Assembly (NCBI GenBank): GCA_048938105.1
Contig: JBHLMN010000018.1
Location: 72,960-136,959, forward strand
DNA length: 64,000 bases
Direction of reading: 5' to 3'
Source: Promethearchaeota archaeon
GTDB taxonomy: Archaea > Asgardarchaeota > Heimdallarchaeia > Hodarchaeales > Hodarchaeaceae
Position numbers and translations under genes: made by a program. Positions 1-10,928 of this stretch are shown here, piece after piece (positions within the stretch are counted from its first letter, which is position 1; each line of letters opens with the position of its first letter). The notes under the pieces are model-generated. The model ran no database searches, was not told the DNA's origin, and was given only the letters and a program-made list of their open reading frames with translations.

Positions 1-43
1 AAGTAGTCAGAGTAATTGAGATAAAGAAGATACATTAGTCGGG

Positions 44-871
44 CTATTTAATAATGCTTCCCAATGGTGATATTAGGAGGGAGGAAACTATTTTCTCAAA
101 TGTAACTCTACGGTTTATGTAATAAGGAAACATAAAGACAGAGAGAGGAAAGCCAGCTTTTATTTCTTGGAAAGTAAGCGGTGCAGGATAAATCTGCCAT
201 GGATGAAGAAACATTACTGAAGCTAATCCTTGGCTCTCTCTATGTCGAATGAATCGAAATATTTGATCTCCTATTAATCCAATAAAGAAACCTGAGCCAT
301 AAGGAATTTCAAAATTCTTCAAAAACACATTAATTAGTCCCCGCGGCATATCTACCATCTTTCGCCTTTCCTTAATCTTATTAATCATTCTATAGGAAGA
401 TACTGGGATTTCAAGAATAGGAAATTGGTTCTTCAAAATATTCTTGGTACTATAAATTGAGGAATCGTACTTAAACCCCGCATCTACTAATAGTTGACAT
501 TCTTCAATTGTCAGCTGCATTTCTGGAGCTCTAAACCCTTTAGGTTTAAATGTTGAAAGAAATTCTTCCGCAAACTTTAGTTCCAAATCCAGTGCATTTT
601 TCCCCATTAATTTAAGATGATTACAGGTGTGAAATCCAATTTCGTGTTTTAATTGCTTAATTTGTTTAATAAGCTCTGGATACCATTGATAAATCTCACT
701 TACTATAAAGAAAGTCAGATTAGTTTTTTTCTTACTCAATATCTCAAGAATTTGGGATGTAGCTTGAACAATGAATCCATTATCTAGACTTTTTCTTTTT
801 TCAGAAGTTAACTCTTGTAATGCGCTTCTATGAACCCATGATTCTAAATCGATCGTGAGATGATGATACAT
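44..871 (-). CDS. Polysaccharide deacetylase family protein (CE4/NodB-like, DUF3473-type)
   Basis: TIDLESW, TFFIV, HEIGFHTCNH metal-binding motif, GFRAPE, YDSS, EIPVS, FLHPWQ. Confidence 0.85.
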   Translation of the reverse strand: MYHHLTIDLESWVHRSALQELTSEKRKSLDNGFIVQATSQILEILSKKKTNLTFFIVSEIYQWYPELIKQIKQLKHEIGFHTCNHLKLMGKNALDLELKFAEEFLSTFKPKGFRAPEMQLTIEECQLLVDAGFKYDSSIYSTKNILKNQFPILEIPVSSYRMINKIKERRKMVDMPRGLINVFLKNFEIPYGSGFFIGLIGDQIFRFIRHRESQGLASVMFLHPWQIYPAPLTFQEIKAGFPLSVFMFPYYINRRVTFEKIVSSLLISPLGSIIK

Positions 872-982
872 AGACTGTAAAAACCTACCTTTTTAATTAA
901 AAGCCTGAAGGCTTTATATTATACGCCTGTGTGGAATATACTCTTGTTAATCCCTAGTTTTATCAGCCTTATCTTCAAGTTG

Positions 983-2467
983 TCATTGTTTAGTAATTTT
1001 TGGAATGAATGACTTTCCATCGAAATATTTTGGTATAGGAGTATTAAGAAGATTTAGTATTGAAGGAGCAATATCAAGTAAATTTGCATTTAACCGCTTA
1101 GGTTTAATTGATGAACCAAAAACTCCAAAAATACCAGTCATATTGTGACTAGCGGGACGATTGACAGCAGCTTGTTTTGGTTTTCGAAATAATCCTCTTA
1201 AATGCTCTTCTCCAAACAATTCAAAACCTTTATTTGGAATAAGTACAAATTCTGGGAGAGTATCAACATGTTTTCCGGAATAGACAACGTTTTTTCGGAA
1301 AACATCTTGCATTAGCCTGTAATTTAAGTTGGAGTCCTTGATTTTTCTTAATTTTTCAAGGAGTTCAGTAATAAAATGTTCTTTTTCATCACTTGATTCC
1401 CATGAGTAATATGGGTTAATATCTATCATATGATTTGATCCAGGTACATAAAAAGCTCTAGTTTTTTCCCAGTCAATATTAAATATCGATCTTTGTGGTG
1501 AAATTTGAGATAAAACATGAGAAGTATATTTTGAGTGTTTGATTCTCCATACAATTCCGCGTAAACCTAATTTAAGCATAATTTTTTGGATATTCTCTGG
1601 CTTTAGACCTATCCTTCCAACAAATTTCCCCATAGGTCTTATACTAAGGTATTTCAAGTAGTTTTGCTGTTCTAGCCAGTTGTTAAGGTGAAATTGCCAC
1701 TTTACCTCTTCAAAACCATGATCAGAAGCAATCATTAGAGTTATGTTATCTGTCAGATAATTTATTATTAGTCCTAAAATTTGGTCTATCTTTTGGTAAA
1801 ATTTTAATAAAATATCTCTCTCATTCCAAAAGAAATGCTGAACTACATCCAAGAACCTGAAAACAACAATAAAAAGATCCCATTCTTTTGTTTTTAAGTA
1901 GTCTGTGACAATTTGCCATCGTATTTTTTGTGCAAGATTAATCCTTTTGAGTAAAGAGTTCTTGTCTCCATCTAATCTAAACAACTCCTCATTAAAATCA
2001 ATTTTATAATTAGGATGTTCTTTAAGAAAGGAGGATCGAATACTAGGAGGAAACATGAAGTTTGATGAGATCGAAGGAGTTCCGAGACCAGAAATCATTA
2101 TCCCATTAATTGGATCTGGAGGATAAGTTATTGGAACATTAATTACAATAGTTTTATAACCCCTCCGTGATAATATTTCCCATATAGCTTTGGCTTTTCG
2201 ATCGTGGGCTGTGACTGGTTTCATTTGGTCTGTTCCAGGTTGTATTTTTACAAATCCATAGATTCCGTGTTTTCCAGGATTAACACCACAAAACATACTT
2301 GTCCATGCAACAGGTGATAGAGGAGGAATGGATGATTGAAGATTTCCTAAAATACCTTCTTTTTGAAATAATAACAGGTTTGGTAGTTTCTTCTCTTTAA
2401 AAAACTCTTCGATAAGTTTTGGAGTGGCACCATCAATACCTATAAAGATTACACGATACCTGTTCAT
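983..2467 (-). CDS. Alkaline-phosphatase-superfamily protein (type I phosphodiesterase/nucleotide pyrophosphatase-like, possible sulfatase or phosphotransferase)
   Basis: IGIDGAT, PPLSPVAWTSMFCGVNPGKHGI, DVVQHFFW, IASDHGF, SH..G, LLDIAPSIL. Confidence 0.85.
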   Translation of the reverse strand: MNRYRVIFIGIDGATPKLIEEFFKEKKLPNLLLFQKEGILGNLQSSIPPLSPVAWTSMFCGVNPGKHGIYGFVKIQPGTDQMKPVTAHDRKAKAIWEILSRRGYKTIVINVPITYPPDPINGIMISGLGTPSISSNFMFPPSIRSSFLKEHPNYKIDFNEELFRLDGDKNSLLKRINLAQKIRWQIVTDYLKTKEWDLFIVVFRFLDVVQHFFWNERDILLKFYQKIDQILGLIINYLTDNITLMIASDHGFEEVKWQFHLNNWLEQQNYLKYLSIRPMGKFVGRIGLKPENIQKIMLKLGLRGIVWRIKHSKYTSHVLSQISPQRSIFNIDWEKTRAFYVPGSNHMIDINPYYSWESSDEKEHFITELLEKLRKIKDSNLNYRLMQDVFRKNVVYSGKHVDTLPEFVLIPNKGFELFGEEHLRGLFRKPKQAAVNRPASHNMTGIFGVFGSSIKPKRLNANLLDIAPSILNLLNTPIPKYFDGKSFIPKITKQ

Positions 2468-2480
2468 TATCTTTGGTTTC

Positions 2481-3770
2481 CTATTGGACTGTACGATTGT
2501 TTGACTGGTCTCTTTTTACAAGAATCATACTAATTATTCCAAATATCATAAAACATACTGAGAAAAACATTATCAAGAATATTGTTGAGAGAGAGTCATG
2601 AAACAGGATTATTCCAATTACTTCGAAAATTATACCGAGAAATAAGGGAATGTTATAAGAATAATTATTTAATGCGACATTATAATTAATTAAGATAGCT
2701 ACTACCCCATAAAGAAGAAAAACGAGAGTAAAAAAAGGTAAATAAGCAATAGCAGGACGATATAATTCTCCAAAAATCGTCAATACAAAAAATTCACCCA
2801 TGAAGAATATACTTAAATATACAACCATGGATAAACATAACGATATCAATAGACTTGTTTTAAGTACTTTTAAAACATCTTGTCGAGATTCATGTGCTTT
2901 TACAGCTTTTGGAATCATCACAATAATAAAAGCAGTAGCGCTATAAAGAACGATTCTACCAATTGTTGAGAGAATAGCATAATATCCTGATTCGGTTGTT
3001 GAAAAAAATATACGAATCAATAATATATCTAAATTAAAAAATAAAATAAAGCCAATATCTGTAATTAAAACTGGAAATATTACTTGAAAATCAATGTTCA
3101 CTGGGAAATCTTCTCTATTAGTGTAGAAATAAGGAGACACAAATACTAATAGTAATATTGGAGTACAAAATCCAGCAATAATTATCCCCCATATCGCTCC
3201 AACTACTCCAAATCCATATAGAACGAGTAATAAGCCAATAACCAATCTTATACCTGGAAAAAGAAGGAGACTGAAACCTAATCTATTAGTATTTTCCATT
3301 CCCTGAAAAATACCCTCGATTACTGGATTTATTACCGTAGAAAAGACATAAGATACAGTAATAAATATCAATATTTCAGTTTCAAATTTCAGAGTTGTTG
3401 CAATGAAGGGGGAAAAGATTAGTAGCAATAGACCGATTCCGATGAAGAATGGAAAGATAAATCTGAGAATATTAATAAATAGACTTTTAATTGCTCCAAG
3501 GGTTTTGTTTAATGCTATTAAGGAGGATTTTTTCGCAGCAACAATCGTTATGCTTTTGTAAGGAATTGTTAAGATAGCTAAAATCGATAACAGGGCCGAA
3601 AGGAGACCAAACTCACTTGGTGATAATAATCTACCCATAACTATTTGATACAAGAAAGTTAAGAAATTTTTGCTAAAAATAAAGAATAATATCAAGAATC
3701 CTGTAATTGCAAAACTATTAATGACATTATTTCGCCATATATTCTTCAATTTGTCATTACGCATTCTCAA
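2481..3770 (-). CDS. Oligosaccharide/polysaccharide flippase (Wzx/RfbX, MOP superfamily)
   Basis: About 12 TM segments; N-terminal 'GRLLSPSEFG' and mid 'LDILLIRIFFSTTESGYY' Wzx motifs. Confidence 0.85.
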   Translation of the reverse strand: MRMRNDKLKNIWRNNVINSFAITGFLILFFIFSKNFLTFLYQIVMGRLLSPSEFGLLSALLSILAILTIPYKSITIVAAKKSSLIALNKTLGAIKSLFINILRFIFPFFIGIGLLLLIFSPFIATTLKFETEILIFITVSYVFSTVINPVIEGIFQGMENTNRLGFSLLLFPGIRLVIGLLLVLYGFGVVGAIWGIIIAGFCTPILLLVFVSPYFYTNREDFPVNIDFQVIFPVLITDIGFILFFNLDILLIRIFFSTTESGYYAILSTIGRIVLYSATAFIIVMIPKAVKAHESRQDVLKVLKTSLLISLCLSMVVYLSIFFMGEFFVLTIFGELYRPAIAYLPFFTLVFLLYGVVAILINYNVALNNYSYNIPLFLGIIFEVIGIILFHDSLSTIFLIMFFSVCFMIFGIISMILVKRDQSNNRTVQ

Positions 3771-3821
3771 TAAAATCCTATAATTATCTTTTTAGTTACT
3801 TTAACCCTTTGTTATTCATTT

Positions 3822-4391
3822 TTAGTGAAATCCTGTATTATTTTTCTCTACCCGCTTTATTCTCCTAGCTGGTACACCCGCTACTATGTTATAAGCTGGG
3901 ACATCTTTTGTTACAACGGAGCCAGATCCCACGATGCAATATTCCCCTATGATTACTCCAGGCATAATGATTGAATTTGTACCAATATAAGTTCCTTTTT
4001 TTATCAAAATTGCTCCTAAAAAAGCATTCAAATCAGTACGTTCACTTGTAAAGTGAGTGATAAATGTAACATTGGGTGCTATTGAAACTTCGTCCTCAAG
4101 ATAAATAAGATATGGGAACAAAACATCGAATTTCACTTCTTCAGAAATTGAAACACGTTTTCCTATGTGTACCCCCCTTTTTCGTTGAACAAATACCCGC
4201 ATTCCTAGCCATGGTATGAGGTATCGGCATAGCATTTCAAAATAGAAGTAAAATATCAACCGATTAATTGTTTTGAAGATTCCAATTAATCCCTTTCGAT
4301 AACCATAGAAATCTCTATAATATCTTAAACTTGCTAGCAGACCCTTTTTCCCTGTAGAAGGTTCGATAGGGATTTTCTTAAATGGGCTCAT
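3822..4391 (-). CDS. Hexapeptide-repeat (LbH) sugar O/N-acyltransferase
   Basis: IGTNSIIMPGVIIGEYCIVGSGSVVTKDVP...VAGVPARRI signature. Confidence 0.9.
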   Translation of the reverse strand: MSPFKKIPIEPSTGKKGLLASLRYYRDFYGYRKGLIGIFKTINRLIFYFYFEMLCRYLIPWLGMRVFVQRKRGVHIGKRVSISEEVKFDVLFPYLIYLEDEVSIAPNVTFITHFTSERTDLNAFLGAILIKKGTYIGTNSIIMPGVIIGEYCIVGSGSVVTKDVPAYNIVAGVPARRIKRVEKNNTGFH

Positions 4392-4447
4392 GAAAACTAA
4401 GCTTCCTAAGATTCTATCTAATCAATTAAGTTTCTAAAGTAGAGGTT

Positions 4448-4810
4448 CTAATGAATTCCTATTTGGTGATTTTCTCTTTTTCTCTGCATCAGAAAATCAA
4501 TGAAATCGGTAATAGTACCAATAATGATGAAAAAGAAAGCAATTAGCACAATATCACCAATAGTCTTTATTAATGACCTATTTAATCCAACTAGAGAAGC
4601 TACAAGAATAAGAACAATACCAAATAGCTTAAGAATCGTAGAACGATCCGTTGTTGTAAGATTTAGGGGAATAAAAATAATTAGAATCCAGATAAAAATT
4701 GTTTCCTTAAATATTATAAACAACAGTGATATACCCGCGAGATAAATTGAGAAAAAAATGATACTCTCTGTCAAAACTTCCTGAAAGCTTTTATAAATTC
4801 TGATCAACAT
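4448..4810 (-). CDS. Small integral membrane protein
   Basis: Several hydrophobic segments; starts 3 bp after the stop of the upstream GT-C gene. Confidence 0.65.
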   Translation of the reverse strand: MLIRIYKSFQEVLTESIIFFSIYLAGISLLFIIFKETIFIWILIIFIPLNLTTTDRSTILKLFGIVLILVASLVGLNRSLIKTIGDIVLIAFFFIIIGTITDFIDFLMQRKRENHQIGIH

Positions 4811-4813
4811 CTT

Positions 4814-7800
4814 TCAAAACCCCTTTAAGTTTTTTTTTATATTTTTCAATTCTTTTCTCAAATCTATTCGATCTAAGACTATTAAACCCCAGAAAATCGC
4901 TATACTTATCACAGAGAGGTTTATGCTTGCATTGAACCATGTTTGAGGCAGATATTTAATTGTAATTGAAAAATCTCCTGTTTTATTTATCCAAAAACTG
5001 TTGATTATTGAAAAACAGGGGATTGAAGTAATTAGAGGCTGATCATCAATCTGAGCAACCCAAAGAGGATCATAACATTCAGAAAGAACTAAGATAAATG
5101 GGTCAATTGCATTTTGAATAGAAACTTCATATTTTGTAGGGGAAACTTTCTCATAAGTAATTTTTGGTTGTAATTTATTAGATTCAAAGAATCTATTGAA
5201 TGGATCTGTATCTGAAAGACCTTTGATGAGATACATACAATCAAGGTAGCTATCTAAACTTGTGTTTAAACGAATAGTATATTCACCCTGTTTACAAACG
5301 ATTGGTACCGAGGAATACACAATAGATTCATCAGATGATTTTAACGGGCTTAATTCTAGCACTGTGTTATTGATATTAACAGAAACAGCTGGTTGATTAT
5401 TACCAAGAAATCTGCAAAACAATCGATAATTTCCCTCTTCTAGAACATCAATAGTTGTTTCTCCTTCTATCTGAGGTTCGAGATATATCACTCCCTTTCC
5501 TGAGGCTAAACCACCATATCGTGTAATGAATCCATCGGGGTTTTCAAATAGAAGTTCTATTTGATCAAACCAAGTGGTTCCATTTTCGGGAAAATTACTA
5601 TTTCTCCATCCAGCGTTTAAAACAACTGATACTTTTGTGAAATCAGAATCTAGTCTCAAATTTATTGAATAATCCTGCCAATCCCGATAACCATCAATCC
5701 CACTTGGGTTTTGTCTAATTTGCTGCCAAGTCTCTGCAGTTTCATTATAACCATATAAAACAGCATGAGACTGAATCGAGTTTTCTGTTTTCATTTTGAC
5801 TCTGAAAATACATTTAGAATTCGGTTCAATATCGATTTCATCAGAAATTATCCAAGACCATTGAGGAGTAGTATTATGTGTACTTACTCGTAGGCTGGAA
5901 GCTCCATGCTGACTATTTTCCATGTCTAAAGAAATTGAAAATTCCTCATTGACAAAGTTCCACCCTTGAGTTGAATTTTCAAAACTTGGATTAGGAATCT
6001 TGTTTTCTATATTCCGAATCGGAGTTTTTATCCCTTCTTCTGCTTCTAAAATGTACATTATGTCTTTCTCTGAAATAATATCGGAAACTGTTTTTTTTAA
6101 TGAGCTCATTTTTGCTGAAGGAATTACTTTTATAGCTGATATGCCATTGAACCCTTTAGTATTTGAGAAACCAATTTTATGAGCTCCTTTTAGAAAGGTA
6201 TAATTTCCAATATGTTTCCACCGAAAAACTGGCTTATTATAAATAGTATCTATATCGATAACATCAGTCCCTTCATCTAAACTCACACGAATCTGACCTC
6301 CCTCTGGACTCTCGAATACCCGAATAAAAATCTCATGTATTCCAGATTCAGGAATGGTAAAAGGAATATCTATAGAGGGAACTCTCTCCCATTCAGCTAA
6401 AGAATATAAGTATAAATTGTCAAGATACCATCTTGATGCAAGATAAGGATTATGTCTAGATAAAATCTGAAAACGGATGAATTTTGTTTTTTCTGGTAGT
6501 TTTAAGGTTTCATCGATTTGTGTAAAATCAAAATTTGGTTTTATAGTATCAAAAATAATTTCTGTAGCCAATAAATCGTATTCTTCATCAAAATATAGTC
6601 CTCTTACTCTTATTTGAGGACAATGCTCCCCCTTTATCGAAAAACCTGCATGTAAATGTAATGTATCTGGGATTTCGATATACGCAGATCTAAAATCAGC
6701 CCATCTATCAGTATCCCCAAAAGGAATGCTTCCTGTTAAACACGAAACTACTCCTGTAGATGTTTCAACTTCTGTAATTGTTAAGTTTGTATCTTGTGAT
6801 GAATACCAAAAATTTGTCTCTGAAGAGTTTTTAAATTCTATTTGAATAAGAGGTTCTGCAGGAAGATCGTATGGTTCAGTCAAAGCTTTTGTACTATAAG
6901 TGAAGATAAGTCCTTTATTATAATCAAATTCATAAGTATCAATATCTCTATCTTGAAGATAAGGATGCCAACGACCATAAAGTGGATCATGGTACATACC
7001 TGCAGACCAGGTGGAAGAGGGATCATATTCTGTAACGTGATCAAAAGGAAAAATCCAATAACCATCTCCAAAATATGCATAAAGATCATTATTTGTGAAG
7101 TTTGCTGGGAAAATAATGAAATCAGCTTTTTGAAGATCCTCAACCTCCCTGATATTATAATCTAGAAAAGAGATAGCAGTCTGGTAAGGATCAAACGCTG
7201 AAATCGCTACCAATGAACCCAGAATTTCTTGGCCACCAAAGGTTAAACCATACTCTTCAGGAGAGTAACATCTCGATCCTAATCGCAATCCTTCGTTTTC
7301 ATAAATGGTTATCATCCCCTGGGTTTTCACTGATGACATATTTCTCTGAGATTGCATATTAATGAGCATTTTTTCGACTTCCCCCGCATGAGGATCTTGT
7401 AGATCATTATGGAAAATTAAAAATCTCACATCAAGCATATCAAGGAATTTATAGAGATTTTCTGTTCTATTATTCAATATCAAAGACGTTGATCTATCAT
7501 AATGGTCTAATATGTATGTATAAAACTTGTTTAAGTTAACATATGCTGAAAAAGTAGGATTATAAGAAGAAATTTCATCGAAATTGAGTAAGTCCCAAGG
7601 TCCTGTAATTTGCCAAGTACTTTTCCGACCCATGTACTTCGGTGTCCATAAACAGCGAGAAGATGGATAATTTTTAGATAACCATTCATTTATCTCAAAA
7701 TATTCGTCTGGAACCTCTACTGGTAATAATTTTTGCCCAATATCGCCGACTAATAGAGGCCAAGCAGGAATGATTACACTGAGAATTATTACCGCGGTTA

Positions 7801-9157
7801 CTGTGAAAGTAACACCTTGGTTTAACCATCCTTTTTTGATTTTATTTTTAACTGCTGGAAATGAACTCAAATAATTTATAATTACAGGTACTAACTCCAT
7901 ATAAGTAAATCCGATTAAAAAAGACCCGAAAAGTAAAACTATTGTCATCAAACGGAAGGGATTACGAAAAACCCATCCAAGTGGAAACTTTAAGATAACC
8001 CATTCCATAAATTCTTTAATTATAGGAAAACCATCTTCTCCTAGGGCAGTAACAATAATCATCCAAAAAAGGATAGATAATGTAAAGAAAAGAACATCAT
8101 GATTTTTTCGATTTAGTATTATTGGAATAAGCCAAATACAGAAAATTAAAACTGAAAAAATTTGGAAGAATGTGAGAATTATATCGTTTTGTAATATCGG
8201 GGGAAGATCTAGGAATCCTATCCCTGACCATTCGATATTTAGCTTCAAGAGATTGGTGAGAATAGCATTCCTTGAGTAAAGGGCAAGGGCAACACTAGTA
8301 AGTATATAGGGCGGACCAAGTAGCACTCCAGTATTAATGGTGTACAGTAAATACGGAATTATCCAAAAAAGAGAAAACAACCAATAAAGGATAACATTGA
8401 AAGCAAATAAAGCTGTTCTTCTCATGATATTTCTTTTTCTTAAAGATCCTTGTTCCAAAAAGAGATCCGAGATAATTATGAAAAGGGTATAACTTAAATT
8501 CACCAGAAAAGCATAAATGATCCAGCGTTGCTCTCCAGCAATGAATAACCACAAAAAACTAGAAATCCCAATCATTTTTAGATTTTGATCATCTTGTCCG
8601 TGTTTAAAACTAACAAAAACCAAAGGGATGAGAGCTAAATTGACTTTCATTCTCGTATGACGCGCCATTGAAACCCATGCTGGATTAAAGGTGAAGAACA
8701 AACCTGCTAAGAACGATCCTATTATTAGATGGATTTTATTTCCATTAAAATTTCGTCGTAAAACAAGATATGCTGATAAAAACATTGAATAAGATCCTAA
8801 GGTGTGAGAAAATACCCAAAGTAACTCGAAAAGATCCATCGGTCTGATTTGGAATACTTGAGCAATAAATAAGATTAGTAACATTAAAGGATACATAGTA
8901 ATTCTATCAAAATTATTAGAACTTAGGTTGCTATTCCAAAGGGGATAAGTATCACTAATTAGTTCCTCAAGCCGCAAAGGAACCATTAAATCGTTATACA
9001 CTTCATATTCATTGAACCCTATTGCTGAAAGAGGGATACGAAAGATAAAGCAACTTATTAGAAGGTAAATGATAATAACACAAATGTGAACTGAAAACAC
9101 AGGTAAGAATGCCTTTAGAGATGATGAATTTTCTCCTGTGGTTTCATTTTGACTCAT
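4814..9157 (-). CDS. Large GT-C-fold membrane glycosyltransferase-like protein (AftD/YfhO-like) with extracellular carbohydrate-binding modules
   Basis: N-terminal multi-TM region (AGLFFTFNP, VFRNPFR), 'LDMLDVRFLIFHND', CBM4/9-like 'IPNPSFEN...WFDQIEL', CBM6-like segments, C-terminal 'LSECYDPLW...INSFWI...YLPQ' + TM. Confidence 0.7.
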   Translation of the reverse strand: MSQNETTGENSSSLKAFLPVFSVHICVIIIYLLISCFIFRIPLSAIGFNEYEVYNDLMVPLRLEELISDTYPLWNSNLSSNNFDRITMYPLMLLILFIAQVFQIRPMDLFELLWVFSHTLGSYSMFLSAYLVLRRNFNGNKIHLIIGSFLAGLFFTFNPAWVSMARHTRMKVNLALIPLVFVSFKHGQDDQNLKMIGISSFLWLFIAGEQRWIIYAFLVNLSYTLFIIISDLFLEQGSLRKRNIMRRTALFAFNVILYWLFSLFWIIPYLLYTINTGVLLGPPYILTSVALALYSRNAILTNLLKLNIEWSGIGFLDLPPILQNDIILTFFQIFSVLIFCIWLIPIILNRKNHDVLFFTLSILFWMIIVTALGEDGFPIIKEFMEWVILKFPLGWVFRNPFRLMTIVLLFGSFLIGFTYMELVPVIINYLSSFPAVKNKIKKGWLNQGVTFTVTAVIILSVIIPAWPLLVGDIGQKLLPVEVPDEYFEINEWLSKNYPSSRCLWTPKYMGRKSTWQITGPWDLLNFDEISSYNPTFSAYVNLNKFYTYILDHYDRSTSLILNNRTENLYKFLDMLDVRFLIFHNDLQDPHAGEVEKMLINMQSQRNMSSVKTQGMITIYENEGLRLGSRCYSPEEYGLTFGGQEILGSLVAISAFDPYQTAISFLDYNIREVEDLQKADFIIFPANFTNNDLYAYFGDGYWIFPFDHVTEYDPSSTWSAGMYHDPLYGRWHPYLQDRDIDTYEFDYNKGLIFTYSTKALTEPYDLPAEPLIQIEFKNSSETNFWYSSQDTNLTITEVETSTGVVSCLTGSIPFGDTDRWADFRSAYIEIPDTLHLHAGFSIKGEHCPQIRVRGLYFDEEYDLLATEIIFDTIKPNFDFTQIDETLKLPEKTKFIRFQILSRHNPYLASRWYLDNLYLYSLAEWERVPSIDIPFTIPESGIHEIFIRVFESPEGGQIRVSLDEGTDVIDIDTIYNKPVFRWKHIGNYTFLKGAHKIGFSNTKGFNGISAIKVIPSAKMSSLKKTVSDIISEKDIMYILEAEEGIKTPIRNIENKIPNPSFENSTQGWNFVNEEFSISLDMENSQHGASSLRVSTHNTTPQWSWIISDEIDIEPNSKCIFRVKMKTENSIQSHAVLYGYNETAETWQQIRQNPSGIDGYRDWQDYSINLRLDSDFTKVSVVLNAGWRNSNFPENGTTWFDQIELLFENPDGFITRYGGLASGKGVIYLEPQIEGETTIDVLEEGNYRLFCRFLGNNQPAVSVNINNTVLELSPLKSSDESIVYSSVPIVCKQGEYTIRLNTSLDSYLDCMYLIKGLSDTDPFNRFFESNKLQPKITYEKVSPTKYEVSIQNAIDPFILVLSECYDPLWVAQIDDQPLITSIPCFSIINSFWINKTGDFSITIKYLPQTWFNASINLSVISIAIFWGLIVLDRIDLRKELKNIKKNLKGF

Positions 9158-9200
9158 TATTGAACCTCAATTCTTCTTTGATATCTTAGATTATAACAGA

Positions 9201-10928
9201 TTACTGATCTATCTGATTTCTTAACCTTTTTCTAAGGATTCTCCAATTAAGCACAACACATACCCCCCAGAGAAACCCCAAAACGGAAAAGGAGGCCTGG
9301 GTCGCCGTGGAGGAGGAAGGCTCAGGGGATGTCGAGGAAGGCTCAGGGTCGACAAAAACGAGCACCGTATCGTGGGTTGAGTGGTTTCCTTCATCCATGA
9401 GAACCAAGGTAAGATTATGGGTGCCTGTAGATAACCAATCTAAGGTAATAGTGAGATCAGTCGGACGCCAATACTTATCGAACGTGTGGGCACCCGATTC
9501 AATGGGTTTACCATCAAGATAGAGCGTGTATGACCCAGGCATGGTGTACCTGGTGCGGAAATTATACCAGGTCTGCCAAATGAGGTTCACAGGGTCGTTA
9601 GAGCGGACATGTAGATCAGGGGGCGCGCTGAGGATGGGGGTCAGGCGAAAGCGCTCCATCCGATAGACCCCGTACACAAACTCTTCTGAGTTGTTGAAAT
9701 CCATTTCCCAAACAATATCTCCCTCATTATTTACCTCAACTAATCTTACACCAATTATACCTGGACGTCTTATTACACCAAACGTTCCAAGGCGATTACC
9801 GTTGGGGAGGCGATCAGCATCCCCCCAATAAGGACTATAGTATTCAGCAGGAGCGCTCCAGCTCCAGGTCTCGTTGGCGGTCATGGTGGTCTCGTTAATG
9901 GTGAATTCCAAGATCTGGGATCGCCTATGTTCAGGGTTGGTCTGGTTATGCAGGTCATTGTCGAACAGGATGAACGTGTGGTCACCGACCTTCTCTACGG
10001 CGTGCGCATGGTAAAAGAGGTTGGTTCGCTCCCTCCCATAGCGATCAAAGAGGGTAAAGTTCCCGTACTCCCCTAGCCCCCATAGCACCTTCCCCGTTTT
10101 GTGATCGATCTTGTAGAATGTGTTCACATTGCGCATATTACAGTACAAAACGTCTTCCTCAGGATCCGAAAAAAGCGAATTGGTATGAGTGATATCACGT
10201 AGGCCTCTATTTAGATCCTTGAATGGGCACCACTGGGTATGGGAAATAAAAGAGTCTGTGTCTAAGGACCATACCAATTGACTCGACATATCATACTCCT
10301 CGATTCTGTCATAAACGTACTTAACTTCATTAATTTCCTTAATATATACTTGTAATGTGAGAAATGTATTATTAGCATGATTATATTCATACTCGTGATG
10401 TCCATAAAAATTAAATATCATGGTTTGATCATTATAAACATTCCACAAAGCTAAACCATCAGATTCCCCCATAATGACAGTTGTGGAATTAATAAACTCC
10501 ACATTCTGACTCTGCGATGCTCCGATTTCACTATCGTTAAAAGTTTTCTCTATGAATATCTCTCCATTCATATCAGTGATAAAAAGAACACGCTGCCTGA
10601 AATTGGGATCAGCTGGTTTACGTAATCTAAGAACAAATAAATTATAACCGTCAAAGACATTTCCAAAGAAGCTAACATTCAGAACCTCCTCTAGATAACT
10701 GTTATTCCACAATTGAAGGATTTTGTATAATAATTTACTTTCTGGATCTTCTTGTGGATCATAAAAGTTTTTATTTTCCATCTGAGGTTGATTAATGACT
10801 AATGTGACCATTAGATCACCTGTGTAAGTAAATAATGAGTTAGAAACAGAACTTGAACCTGAAATCAACAACAGAAAAAAAAATAAAATCATGTTTTTAG
10901 TCCTAAACCAAACCATAAATTTTCCCAA
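9201..10928 (-). CDS. Secreted, C-terminally anchored aryl-sulfate sulfotransferase (ASST-like beta-propeller)
   Basis: Signal peptide; GHHE, DITHTNSL, FYHAHAV, LFDND, WGDADRLPNGN, YRMER motifs; Ig-like domain, Ser/Thr linker, TM + basic tail. Confidence 0.85.
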   Translation of the reverse strand: MGKFMVWFRTKNMILFFFLLLISGSSSVSNSLFTYTGDLMVTLVINQPQMENKNFYDPQEDPESKLLYKILQLWNNSYLEEVLNVSFFGNVFDGYNLFVLRLRKPADPNFRQRVLFITDMNGEIFIEKTFNDSEIGASQSQNVEFINSTTVIMGESDGLALWNVYNDQTMIFNFYGHHEYEYNHANNTFLTLQVYIKEINEVKYVYDRIEEYDMSSQLVWSLDTDSFISHTQWCPFKDLNRGLRDITHTNSLFSDPEEDVLYCNMRNVNTFYKIDHKTGKVLWGLGEYGNFTLFDRYGRERTNLFYHAHAVEKVGDHTFILFDNDLHNQTNPEHRRSQILEFTINETTMTANETWSWSAPAEYYSPYWGDADRLPNGNRLGTFGVIRRPGIIGVRLVEVNNEGDIVWEMDFNNSEEFVYGVYRMERFRLTPILSAPPDLHVRSNDPVNLIWQTWYNFRTRYTMPGSYTLYLDGKPIESGAHTFDKYWRPTDLTITLDWLSTGTHNLTLVLMDEGNHSTHDTVLVFVDPEPSSTSPEPSSSTATQASFSVLGFLWGVCVVLNWRILRKRLRNQIDQ

